Below are positions 40,389 through 49,866 of a DNA stretch of 64,000 bases, in pieces. Numbering within the stretch: position 1 is the stretch's first letter; every line of letters begins with the position of its first letter. Under the pieces are notes generated by a model. It saw only the letters and a program-made list of their open reading frames with translations. It was not told the origin of the DNA and did not search any database. Location: positions 81,574 through 145,573 of the forward strand of contig JANQLC010000007.1 of the NCBI GenBank assembly GCA_028280815.1, in the 5' to 3' direction. The position numbers and the translations under genes were made by a program. This DNA is from Flavobacteriales bacterium (GTDB lineage Bacteria > Bacteroidota > Bacteroidia > Flavobacteriales > JANQLC01).

Positions 40389-41591
40389 TTATGCTTTTGC
40401 CGTCAGTGCTTTTCCCACCTTGTCTGAGGCCGCTTGCAAACTCACCGCTGCATGCACGGATAGACCGCTTTTGTCGATCATCTCTTCAGCCAGCTCAGCA
40501 TGGGTTCCTTGCAGGCGCACGATGATCGGCACGGGGATGGTATCCCCCATATTTTTACAGGCATCGATGATGCCCTGCGCCACCCGATCGCAGCGCACGA
40601 TCCCCCCAAATATGTTGATCAGGATGGCTTTCACGTTTGAGTCTGCCAAGATGATTCGAAAGCCTTTTTCCACGCGCTTCGCGTCGGCTGTGCCCCCTAT
40701 GTCCAAAAAATTGGCTGGGTTTCCACCCGAGAGCTTGATGATGTCCATGGTAGCCATCGCCAAGCCCGCACCGTTGACCATGCAGCCCACATTTCCATCG
40801 AGTTTGATGAAGTTGAGTCCCGCCCGCCCTGCCTCCACTTCGGTCGGGTCTTCTTCTCGCGTATCGCGTAGATTCGCATAGTCTTTGTGACGAAACAGGG
40901 CGCTGTTGTCCAAGGTGACCTTCGCATCCACAGCTGTGATTTTGTCGTCCGAAGTCTTTAAGACCGGATTGATTTCAAAGAGTGAAGCATCGGATTTTTC
41001 ATAGGCTTGGCAAAGAGCTGTCACGAACCCGACCAGCTCCTTAAAAGCCTGACCGCGCAACCCCAAGGTAAAGGCGATTTGACGCGCCTGAAAGGGCAAA
41101 ATACCCATTCCGGGCGCTAAGGTTTGGCTGTATATTTTGTTCGGTGTGTGCGTGGCTACGGTTTCGATGTCCACGCCGCCTTCAGGCGAATACACGACCA
41201 TGGGCTTGCCCTCGGCGCGGTTGAGCAAGACGGATATATAGTACTCTTGGATGTCCGATTCGCCGGGGTAATACACATCCTCGGCCACCAGTACTTGGTT
41301 CACCCGCTTTCCTTCCTTTGTAGTCTGGGGTGTGATCAGTCGCATACCCAAGATTTGTCCGGCCAGGGTTTTTACCTCACCCAGCGATTTGGCGAGCTTG
41401 ACACCGCCGCCCTTGCCGCGGCCGCCCGCGTGTACCTGTGCCTTGATCACCCACCACCGCGTACCGGTTTCCACAGAAAGCCTCTGGGCTGCTGCTACAG
41501 CCTTTTCGGCTGTGTCTGCTACGATGCCCCGTTGTACGCGTACCCCGAATGCGCTTAAAATGTCTTTTCCTTGGTATTCGTGTAGATTCAT
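40389..41591 (-). CDS. sucC: ADP-forming succinate-CoA ligase subunit beta
   Basis: MNLHEYQGKDIL start, ATP-grasp motifs and the C-terminal ligase-CoA domain (INIFGGIVRCD). The start is moved to ATG 41591. Confidence 0.96.
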   Translation of the reverse strand: MNLHEYQGKDILSAFGVRVQRGIVADTAEKAVAAAQRLSVETGTRWWVIKAQVHAGGRGKGGGVKLAKSLGEVKTLAGQILGMRLITPQTTKEGKRVNQVLVAEDVYYPGESDIQEYYISVLLNRAEGKPMVVYSPEGGVDIETVATHTPNKIYSQTLAPGMGILPFQARQIAFTLGLRGQAFKELVGFVTALCQAYEKSDASLFEINPVLKTSDDKITAVDAKVTLDNSALFRHKDYANLRDTREEDPTEVEAGRAGLNFIKLDGNVGCMVNGAGLAMATMDIIKLSGGNPANFLDIGGTADAKRVEKGFRIILADSNVKAILINIFGGIVRCDRVAQGIIDACKNMGDTIPVPIIVRLQGTHAELAEEMIDKSGLSVHAAVSLQAASDKVGKALTAKA

Positions 41592-41702
41592 AATCCCTTT
41601 TTTGCCCCTGCACAAATGTAGCGATCTATTGCCAGACCGACTGGCCGGTCCGGGCGACCGCCTTACGCCTCGCTAGAATTTTAGAATGACTAACTTGCAC
41701 GG

Positions 41703-42398
41703 GTGACGAACGCTGTGATCAAAGGGGCAAACATCTATAAAACCTTTGCGGGTGTAAGGGTGCTGAAAGGCATAGACATTGCGGTGCAGTCGAGAGAAAT
41801 CGTCAGTATCACAGGCGAATCCGGCGCTGGTAAAACCACCTTGCTTCAGATATTGGGTACGCTAGCCAAACCGGACAGGGAGCCCGAGGCAGAAATTTTG
41901 ATCGACAACAGCAAATTGAGTGCGCTCAACGATCGCAAGTTGTCCCGGTTTCGAAATCGAAACATCGGGTTTGTCTTTCAGTTTCACCGGTTGCTGCCCG
42001 AGTTTAACGCTTGGGAAAACATCGCGTTACCCGCACTCATCGCTGGGGATTCCAGAAGTGATGCGCGTAAAAAAACACGGGAGTTGTTGCGGTTTTTGAA
42101 ACTCGAAGACCGCAGCCAACACAAGCCCAATCAACTCTCCGGTGGTGAGCAGCAACGCGTGGCCGTGGCCCGAGCCCTGATCAATCGACCCAAGGCCGTG
42201 CTTGCGGATGAGCCTTCCGGGAATCTCGACAGCAGGCGCGCAGCAGAACTGCACCAATTGTTTTTTGACTTGCGAATCGAATTTGACCAAACCTTTGTCA
42301 TCGTAACACACAACAAGGAATTGGCTGAAATGGCAGACCGAAGGCTCGAAATGGCGGATGGTCTCATGAGAGACGTGTCATGCGTTTCCAGTGCTTAG
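41703..42398 (+). CDS. lolD: ABC transporter ATP-binding protein (LolD-like)
   Basis: Walker A GESGAGKTT, signature LSGGEQQRVAVARAL, Walker B VLADEPSGNLD. GTG start. Confidence 0.85.
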   Translation: MTNAVIKGANIYKTFAGVRVLKGIDIAVQSREIVSITGESGAGKTTLLQILGTLAKPDREPEAEILIDNSKLSALNDRKLSRFRNRNIGFVFQFHRLLPEFNAWENIALPALIAGDSRSDARKKTRELLRFLKLEDRSQHKPNQLSGGEQQRVAVARALINRPKAVLADEPSGNLDSRRAAELHQLFFDLRIEFDQTFVIVTHNKELAEMADRRLEMADGLMRDVSCVSSA

Positions 42399-42453
42399 CC
42401 CAATGGACTGCGATTGGATGACGGGTGTAAAAAGATCACTTCCCCTTTGCGCG

Positions 42454-43218
42454 ATGAACCTCGAAGCCTTGCGATCATTTCTCGACCACAAGGCCGAAAT
42501 GTATCAGAATCCGAGATTCATCAGCGATGACCCCATTCAAGTCCCCCATCGATTCTCAAAGAGACAAGACGTTGAAATCGCGGCCTTTTTCAGTGCAACC
42601 CTCGCTTGGGGCAACCGCAAAGCGATCGTTAAAAACGCCTCGAGAATGATGACATTGCTGGATGAGACGCCTTATGACTTCATCAAAAACCATACGGCAA
42701 AGGATTTGGAGAGATTGCCCTCTTTCACACACCGTACCTTCCACTCGGCAGACCTCAGATTTTTTATCCGAAGGCTGCGCGTCCTATACGATCGATCCGA
42801 TACCTTGGAAACCTACTTTAGGCCCCAGGGGACGGAAAGCGGTTTAAAGTGTGGAATCAGCTGGTTTCGGAATTGCTTTTTGGGCGACCAGCCGGGGCAT
42901 CACGCGGCCAAGCACATTTCCGATCCCTGGAAGAACAGCGCAGCCAAGCGGCTCAACCTGTTTTTACGCTGGATGGTGCGCAGTGCATCGAGGGGCGTGG
43001 ATTTCGGCCTGTGGAAAGGCATTCAACCCCGATACCTATGCATGCCATTGGATGTGCACAGCGGCCGCGTAGCGCGAAGGCTGGGCTTGCTCAAGCGACC
43101 GCAAGACGATTGGAAGGCCGTTGAAGAATTGACTCAAAGGCTCAGAAAATGGGATGCCTCGGATCCGGTAAAGTACGATTTCGCACTATTTGGGCTAGGC
43201 GCTTTTGAGGGATTTTGA
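42454..43218 (+). CDS. TIGR02757 (DUF2400) family protein
   Basis: ATLAWGNRKAI, AAKRLNLFLRWMVR, PLDVHSGRVARRLGL and DPVKYDFALFGLG are recalled family hallmarks. The start is set at ATG 42454. Confidence 0.8.
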   Translation: MNLEALRSFLDHKAEMYQNPRFISDDPIQVPHRFSKRQDVEIAAFFSATLAWGNRKAIVKNASRMMTLLDETPYDFIKNHTAKDLERLPSFTHRTFHSADLRFFIRRLRVLYDRSDTLETYFRPQGTESGLKCGISWFRNCFLGDQPGHHAAKHISDPWKNSAAKRLNLFLRWMVRSASRGVDFGLWKGIQPRYLCMPLDVHSGRVARRLGLLKRPQDDWKAVEELTQRLRKWDASDPVKYDFALFGLGAFEGF

Positions 43219-43298
43219 GACGGTAAAGCCCGGGATTCGACACCGCCTCATTTTGGAATTAAATAGTAACTTTGTGCTTCACCAACAATCTAAATCGT

Positions 43299-44103
43299 AT
43301 GGATATCTCTGCTATAGATTGGGGCCGAGTCGCAGCCGGATCAGTTGAATACGGTATAAAGGCTATCAAGTTTATCCTCATCGTAGGGGTCGGCTTTTGG
43401 CTGGTCAACTGGGTGGGTAGATTGACCGAGGGCCTCATGCAGAAAAGGCGGGTGGATATCGCCCTGCGCAAATTCATACACAACCTAGGTGTCGTGCCGC
43501 TCAAAACGATCGTGGTGATCGCTGCGCTCGCTACGGCGGGCATTGAAACCGCTTCTTTTGTCGCCGTACTCGGAGCCATCGGCTTGGCGCTGCAAGGCAG
43601 CCTGAGCAATTTTGCCGGTGGAATCCTGATCCTGTTGTTTAGACCTTTTCGAGTGGGTGACTTTGTCACTACGCAAGACTACAGTGGAACGGTGGATGAT
43701 ATCGGAATCCTATACACGGTAATGACCACGCCGAAAAATACCGTCATCCTGCCCAATGGATTGGCGGCCAATAACTCCATCGTCAATTTCAGCAAGCTGG
43801 GTTACCGCCGCGTCGACGTAACGGTGGGCATTGCCTATGACGCAGATATCGATCGAGCTAAGAAAATCATTCGTGAAGTCATTCAAGCCAATCCCAATAG
43901 TGTTGCGCGATCGGGAAATCACCGTAGCGGTTTTGGCACTGAGCGAGAGCAGCGTGGACTTAGCGGTGCGTTGCTTTGTCGAAAATGAGCTGTATTGGGA
44001 GACCTACTTTAAACTCCATGAAAATGTGAAAAAAGCCTTAGACCGAGCCGGTGTCCAAATTCCATTCTCGCAGCGCGATGTCCACCTTTATCAGTCGGGC
44101 TAA
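43299..44103 (+). pseudogene. small-conductance mechanosensitive channel (MscS family), frameshifted
   Basis: Frame 1 gives the TM3/beta domain (FRVGDFV...GTVDDIGILYTVMTTPKNTVILPN...VDVTVGIAYDADIDRAKKIIREVIQANP). Frame 2 continues with the expected IVLRDREITVAVLALSESSVDLAVRCFV...IPFSQRDVHL. The shift lies near 43885-43905, and the 805-nt length implies one extra base. Confidence 0.8.
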
Positions 44104-44168
44104 ACCCTCCGATCTGCACAGTTGTCAATCGACATACCCTGAGACCTGTCCGCTGTTGACTTTCCAAT

Positions 44169-44816
44169 ATGCTACAGACCGATTTGACGTTTGATTACCT
44201 ATATCGGGAAAACGCTTCTCCAAATGCTTCCCTGCTGCTACTCTTACACGGCTATGGCAGTGATGAACGGGATTTATTCCACTTTGCAGCGCGCCTACCT
44301 GCGCCTTATTTCGTAGCCTCCCTTCGGGCGCCCCATCGTTTGCCCTTCGGGGGTTACGCCTGGTATGCTTTAAGGGTTGATTCAGCTGGAAAGACGAGTC
44401 CAGATAACGCCCAGGCCCTGGAATCGCAGCGCGACTTGTCTCGGTTTGTCGATGCGGTCAGGGTAAAGCACCGGCTGTCCGGTGAAAGGGCTGCGGTAAT
44501 CGGGTTTAGTCAAGGGGCTGCAATGGGTTATAGCCTAGCGTTAAGCCACCCCGATAGAATAGGGAAAATCGCTGCGATGAGCGGCTGTTTAAACCCGAAT
44601 GACGTACCCAGCCCGCCCAAGGACTGGCGTGATTTGAAAGTTTTTATCTCCCACGGTACAGCCGATGCTGTCGTGCCCTTCCATTTGGGGTTGAAAGCCT
44701 GTGCGTGTTTGCAGGGGCTCGGCATCGAACCCGAATTCAAATCCTATGAACACATGGGACACCACATCGGTGCGGCGAGTTTTGCCGATATGCTCAGGTT
44801 TTTGAAAACCGCCTAG
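44169..44816 (+). CDS. alpha/beta hydrolase (phospholipase/carboxylesterase family)
   Basis: LLLLLHGYGSDERD, the nucleophile elbow GFSQGAAM, and a late HGTAD...H triad arrangement. Confidence 0.85.
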   Translation: MLQTDLTFDYLYRENASPNASLLLLLHGYGSDERDLFHFAARLPAPYFVASLRAPHRLPFGGYAWYALRVDSAGKTSPDNAQALESQRDLSRFVDAVRVKHRLSGERAAVIGFSQGAAMGYSLALSHPDRIGKIAAMSGCLNPNDVPSPPKDWRDLKVFISHGTADAVVPFHLGLKACACLQGLGIEPEFKSYEHMGHHIGAASFADMLRFLKTA

Positions 44817-44892
44817 GTTCGTACAGCACAAAGCCTTTCGGCTCGGTTAAAGATTCTATATTTGCAGCTGGCTTTGGAAAGATAGAAACAAC

Positions 44893-45048
44893 ATGAAGAG
44901 AACCTATCAACCCGCCCGGCGAAAACGGCGGAATAAGCACGGTTTTAGGGCGCGTATGGCAGCTGTGGCGGGCAGAAGGGTGCTGGCGAAAAGACGCGCC
45001 AAGGGGCGACAAAAGCTCAGTGTGAGTGTGGCGCGAGCCAAGCGATGA
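44893..45048 (+). CDS. rpmH: 50S ribosomal protein L34
   Basis: Translated by hand as [51 protein letters not shown]. Too short for the ORF track. Confidence 0.9.
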   Translation: MKRTYQPARRKRRNKHGFRARMAAVAGRRVLAKRRAKGRQKLSVSVARAKR

Positions 45049-45059
45049 GAAAGCCTATT

Positions 45060-47861
45060 TCAGTGCTGTGCGGTCTCGTACTTCCGCCTTAAATACCGGG
45101 CGGTGTACGAGTTTTTCAAATCCGAGATGTCCTCGGTTGTACCTTCATAGATCAAGTGCCCCCCCTTTTGCCCCCCTTCGGGGCCCAGATCGACCAACCA
45201 ATCCGCCGCTTTGACAATATCCAAATTGTGTTCGATGACGATCAGGGTATTTCCGCCTTCCAACAAAGCCTGAAAGCCGCCCAATAGCTTTTTCACATCG
45301 TGAAAATGCAAGCCTGTAGCGGGTTCATCAAAGATGAAAAGGGCGTGTTCTCCGATTCTCGCTTTGCTTAAAAAGGAAGCCAGCTTCAGGCGCTGGGCTT
45401 CGCCGCCGCTCAGTGTGCTGACCGATTGGCCCAATTTGACATAACCCAAGCCGATGTCTTGAAGCGGCTGCAATCGCCTTGCGATCTGCGCTGCACCATG
45501 GGCGTTGAAAAACGCGATGGCAGCGTCAGTGGTCAGCTCCAGTATGTCGTAAATATTTTTTCCGGCGAAACAGACCTCCAATATTTCCCTTTTGAATCGC
45601 TTCCCATCGCAAGCCTCACAGACGAGGTGTACGTCGGCCATGAACTGCATTTCAACGCGTACCTCACCTGTCCCTTCACAGCTGTCACAACGCCCGCCGT
45701 TCACGTTAAAGGAAAAGTGCTTGGGCTTGTAACCCCTTATTTTGGCACCTTTTTGAACGGCAAATAAATTTCGGATATCGTCGTAAGCCTTGACGTAGGT
45801 GACCGGATTGGAACGCGAATTCTTTCCAATGGCATTTTGATCGATGAGCGCGATGCTATCTATCGCCTTTGGCGGCATTTCTACCGCTTGGTGTTCGCCC
45901 ACCCTCCCAATGTACAAGCCCAATTTCTTTTGTAGGGCGGGGTACAGGATTCCCTTTAACAGCGTGGTCTTGCCCGATCCGCTCACGCCGGTGACCACTG
46001 AGAGTGCGTGCGATGGAAAGCGTACATCGATGTTTTTCAAATTGTGTTCTCGGGCGCCGATCACTTTGAAAAAGCCGTCGATAATCCGCGCCTTTTGGGG
46101 GGTTGATACCGTCTTTCTCCCGGTTATGTACTGCGCGGTTAGCGTCTCGGATGCGCGCAATTCTCTCGGTTCGCCGGCAAAGACCACTTCACCACCCAAG
46201 TCAGCGGATTCAGGTCCCATGTCGATAAGGTAATCGGCTGCTTTTATGATTTCTTCATCGTGTTCTACCACGATGACGGTATTTCCCAAATCGCGTAAAC
46301 GCTGGAGTATTTTTATCAGGCTATCGGTATCTCGCGGATGGAGGCCAATGCTGGGCTCGTCCAAGATATAGGTAGCGCCCACCAAACTGCTGCCCAGGGC
46401 AGTAGCCAGGTGGATTCGTTGGGATTCACCACCGGAGAGGCTTGACGACGTCCGGTTTAGGGTGAGATAGTTCAGGCCCAAGTCCAGTAGGTATTGCAAA
46501 CGCCTCTCAATTTCGATGAGAAGCCGCTTGGCCACCCGTTGGTCAAAGGGGGATAGTTTCAGACTCTTAAAAAAGTCCAGGAGTGCGTCTAATGCTAGGT
46601 CGATCAATTCGGTCAATGCCTTTCCACCGATCTTTACGTAGCTCGCTTCGGTGCGCAAACGCTTGCCCCCACAGTTCGGGCAACGGGTTTTTCCGCGGTA
46701 GCGCGAGAGCATTACGCGATTCTGCACCTTGTAGCTCTTCTGCTCCAATCGCTCGAAGAATTCGTTTATCCCTCTAAAATGTTCATTACCCGTCCAGAGC
46801 AAGCGGCGTTCACCTTCGCTGAGTTGGTAAATGGGACGGTGGATGGGAAAATTGAATCGCTCGGCGGTTTCTATGAGTCGATCCTGCCACTTAGACACTT
46901 TTTCGCCATGCCAACAAGCGATAGCCCCTTCATACACCGAAAGTTCCTTATTGGGAATCACCCGATCTGCATCGATGCCTATGATACGCCCGTAGCCTTT
47001 ACATATCGGGCATGCACCATAGGGGTTGTTAAAGCTGAAAAGCGCCGTCGAGGGCTCGGTGAAATCCATGCCGTCCAATGCAAAGCGATTGGAAAAGGCC
47101 ATGCGTTTTTGCGCGGTCACATCTTCAACTAAGGCACGGCCCTTGCCTTCGTAAAAAGCGGTTTGTACAGAGTCGGATAGGCGGTTGTAGAAATCTGAAT
47201 CGGCGCGCACGGAAAGCCGATCGACCACCAAGAAAAGCCTTTCCGGCTTTCGGCTGTCCCGTGGGTCGATCGCATCCAAGCGCAAAAGCGCGCCGTCCAA
47301 TTGAATGCGGGCATAACCCTGTTGGATGAGAATCTGGGCCTGTGATCCCAATGTCCTATTTTCGAGCTGAATCGGGGCGAGTATCTGCAGCTGGGTACCC
47401 CCTGGCATTTGTTTGACCGCCGCCATCACATCGGCTACCGTTTGCTTTTTCACCTCAGTTCCGGAAATGGGGGAAAAGGTCTTACCGATGCGAGCATATA
47501 AAATCCTCAGGTAGTCGTATAGCTCTGTAGCGGCTCCCACCGTGGCGCGCGGATTGGTGGCGTGAACCCGTTGCTCGATGGCAATCGCGGGTGTCAGCCC
47601 GTAGATGGCATCCACCTTGGGCTTGTCCAACCGGCTCAGGAATTGACGCGCATAGGCGGAGAGGCTTTCCACATAGCGCCGCTGGCCCGCTGCGTAAAGG
47701 GTGTCGAAGACCAAGGAGGATTTTCCAGAGCCCGATAAGCCGGTGCATACGACCAATTTATTTTTTGGGATCGAAACGGAAACGCTTTTCAGGTTGTGGA
47801 GCGCAGCTCCCTTTATTGCGATGTATTTCTTGGGATCGAGCCCTTCTAAGTCCGCTGACAT
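45060..47861 (-). CDS. uvrA: excinuclease ABC subunit A
   Basis: Two ABC modules (GLSGSGKSS, GVSGSGKTT; LSGGESQR, LSGGEAQR) and zinc-finger cysteines. The start is set at ATG 47861. Confidence 0.97.
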   Translation of the reverse strand: MSADLEGLDPKKYIAIKGAALHNLKSVSVSIPKNKLVVCTGLSGSGKSSLVFDTLYAAGQRRYVESLSAYARQFLSRLDKPKVDAIYGLTPAIAIEQRVHATNPRATVGAATELYDYLRILYARIGKTFSPISGTEVKKQTVADVMAAVKQMPGGTQLQILAPIQLENRTLGSQAQILIQQGYARIQLDGALLRLDAIDPRDSRKPERLFLVVDRLSVRADSDFYNRLSDSVQTAFYEGKGRALVEDVTAQKRMAFSNRFALDGMDFTEPSTALFSFNNPYGACPICKGYGRIIGIDADRVIPNKELSVYEGAIACWHGEKVSKWQDRLIETAERFNFPIHRPIYQLSEGERRLLWTGNEHFRGINEFFERLEQKSYKVQNRVMLSRYRGKTRCPNCGGKRLRTEASYVKIGGKALTELIDLALDALLDFFKSLKLSPFDQRVAKRLLIEIERRLQYLLDLGLNYLTLNRTSSSLSGGESQRIHLATALGSSLVGATYILDEPSIGLHPRDTDSLIKILQRLRDLGNTVIVVEHDEEIIKAADYLIDMGPESADLGGEVVFAGEPRELRASETLTAQYITGRKTVSTPQKARIIDGFFKVIGAREHNLKNIDVRFPSHALSVVTGVSGSGKTTLLKGILYPALQKKLGLYIGRVGEHQAVEMPPKAIDSIALIDQNAIGKNSRSNPVTYVKAYDDIRNLFAVQKGAKIRGYKPKHFSFNVNGGRCDSCEGTGEVRVEMQFMADVHLVCEACDGKRFKREILEVCFAGKNIYDILELTTDAAIAFFNAHGAAQIARRLQPLQDIGLGYVKLGQSVSTLSGGEAQRLKLASFLSKARIGEHALFIFDEPATGLHFHDVKKLLGGFQALLEGGNTLIVIEHNLDIVKAADWLVDLGPEGGQKGGHLIYEGTTEDISDLKNSYTARYLRRKYETAQH

Positions 47862-48314
47862 GGTCGAAATTCGGTCTGCAAAGCTACGAAAAACCAAAAG
47901 CCTTAGAGCAGAAGGCGCCTCGGGCTACTCGGAGGAATTTGTAAGACCTTGCTTTTATTTTATGGGGTATTGTCCTTCTCGGGTATCAGAAAGCCCGTAT
48001 GGAAAATTTGGTCTTTTGTCCCGCATTTCGCTCCATTCGCCTGCATCCCAAACCACTGCTGAGCGGCATGCGCTTTTTACAGCTTTTTTTAATGGAGCAC
48101 TTCGCTTTAGACCCTCTCATCGTTGTTTTTTTGTTATATTTGGCATTGGGTTGACTGCTGCGCCAAAGGCTGTGCTGCGCGCTGGGGAAGCCTGTTCAGC
48201 GGGTAGAGAGAAATAGGGGGCCGGTGCACTTTTGGTTTAACAGTCTCGGGTATCCAAAGTCGGCCAAGCTGAAAACAGCGACTTTAAAAACTGCATTTCG
48301 GGGGTAACTCGAGT

Positions 48315-48644
48315 ATGCTTGCCATGAAAAGAGGTGTTTTAATGGCAGTGCTAAGCGCGGGAATCTTGGCTGTGTTTTCGTTTAGAGGGGTAAAAAACAC
48401 CGGTGTGTCGCCCCGCCTGGCAGAGGTTGGAGCCTGTTCGATAGGGTCCGGTGACTGTGATAACTTTACGGAAACCTGCAGGACATCCTCGGATAAGTTT
48501 ACGGAATGGCGTCGGACCTGGAGTAAGTATTCTCCTACCACTATCCCCACTGCTAAGAAGACAGAATCGAGTAAAGAGGTGGATAAAGCGAAAAAAGAAG
48601 CGGAAAAGGTGAGTGAGATTAGCCATGCATTAGAGCGGTTTTGA
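48315..48644 (+). CDS. small secreted/membrane-anchored Cys-containing peptide (109 aa), unknown family
   Basis: An N-terminal hydrophobic segment, a core with three Cys (GACSIGSGDCDNFTETC), then DKFTEWRRTW and a K/E-rich tail ending SEISHALERF. The coding frame is supported by protein-level similarity to the decayed copy at 49055-49331. Confidence 0.5.
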   Translation: MLAMKRGVLMAVLSAGILAVFSFRGVKNTGVSPRLAEVGACSIGSGDCDNFTETCRTSSDKFTEWRRTWSKYSPTTIPTAKKTESSKEVDKAKKEAEKVSEISHALERF

Positions 48645-49054
48645 TCCAGTAGGCATCTTTTTAAAGGCGAGAAATATATTTATGCCTGCCCAGGCCTGCT
48701 ATTCTACCCGTTTTGCGACCAATCCGATTGATCGGTCTTACTCCGTGTGTATCGGAAACCACATCGGCTACAGCTTTTGCGAAATGAACCCAGTTGCTTC
48801 ATTCAAAGATTGATGAATACGAGAAAAAATATAAGGCCGAAAAGGGCAAAGACGAGATAAAGGAATCCTTTTTTTAGTCCAAAAAGCCGGCTTGGTGAAA
48901 CGGTTAAAGAGAATGTCACAAGAGGCTAATAAGGTGTTGGTCAATCGGTCTTTTGTGGCATACAGATCTGAGCTAATTATATTGCCCATTATGGATGCTT
49001 TTCAAAACCTTTTTTTGGTTTATTGTTGAATTACATAATTCAAATATACCTGTG

Positions 49055-49331
49055 GTGAAAAAGTACTTTTAATCGGCGTGCTCGGCCTGGGAATCTCAAT
49101 CTTGGCTTCATTTAGAAACGTAAAAACAACGATGTGGTGCCCACTCTGACAAAGGTCTACGCCTATTCGCTAGGCTTTGGTGTATTTGAAGAATCTTATC
49201 ACGTGACACCGGATAAATTTGTGAGTTGGCATAGGCGGTGGGTTGCGTATGCGGATTGTCCGGGGCCGCGTAAAAAATTGGAAGAGGAAGCAAATGCGAG
49301 CGAGATCAGCCGGGCATTAAAGCCGCTTTAA
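49055..49331 (+). pseudogene. decayed paralogue of the 48315-48644 peptide gene (two frameshifts, all Cys lost)
   Basis: Three frames joined by hand give MKK / VLLIGVLGLGISILASFRNVKTTM / VVPTLTKVYAYSLGFGVFEESYHVTPDKFVSWHRRW...ASEISRALKPL. This aligns with the upstream peptide; C to Y substitutions occupy two of the Cys positions. Confidence 0.45.
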
Positions 49332-49365
49332 TGACATCTCTTTTAAAGCCTGAAAGTATACACTT

Positions 49366-49866
49366 ATGCTAGCCAAAGCCCACTACTTGATCCATTTTGG
49401 CGTCATTTTTCTGGTCTCTCTATCCGCTGTGCTGAATTCTTATTTGATGCATAAAAAAATCAAGGCTGGAAACCTATCCGCGCTGAATCACTTCATCGAG
49501 AGAAGCGTTGTCGATAATCCGGTTTATCACGCCTATTCCATATTTACGGGAACCAATAACGGATACGGCTTTTACGGGATTAACGTAGCCACCTATAAGT
49601 ATTTTAGCGTCGAACTATACGACAGGGATAAAAAATGCATTGCGAAGACGCACACATTTGGGTTTAAAAAACAGAACAATCTAGCTCGATTTGAAGTTTT
49701 GGCCTCGAGAATCGCGAATTATATCGCGGATAACGAGGAATTTCCCAAAGAAGGAGATAAAGAATTACTGAAGGCGAGAAAGCTGTACGTCAACGAAATA
49801 TTCAAGCACATCGGCTTGTACGAAAAAGAGGTGGGAATTTATAAAAGCCTTGCGCTTAGCTATTAG
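49366..49866 (+). CDS. N-terminally membrane-anchored protein of unknown function (166 aa)
   Basis: One N-terminal TM helix followed by a soluble domain (NNGYGFYGINVATYKYF). It overlaps or abuts the HTTM gene, in the same position that SdpA occupies next to SdpB in sdpABC-type loci. The similarity to SdpA itself is not established. Confidence 0.55.
   Translation: MLAKAHYLIHFGVIFLVSLSAVLNSYLMHKKIKAGNLSALNHFIERSVVDNPVYHAYSIFTGTNNGYGFYGINVATYKYFSVELYDRDKKCIAKTHTFGFKKQNNLARFEVLASRIANYIADNEEFPKEGDKELLKARKLYVNEIFKHIGLYEKEVGIYKSLALSY

Noticed and set aside
40363-41676. Plus-strand ORFs opposite sucC (40363-40881, 41124-41558, 41332-41676).
   Set aside because: They are shadow ORFs opposite a highly conserved gene.
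47701-48216. 171-aa + strand ORF upstream of the peptide locus.
   Set aside because: Its first third is antisense to the 5' end of uvrA and the remainder has no recognisable features, so it is probably non-coding leader or spacer.
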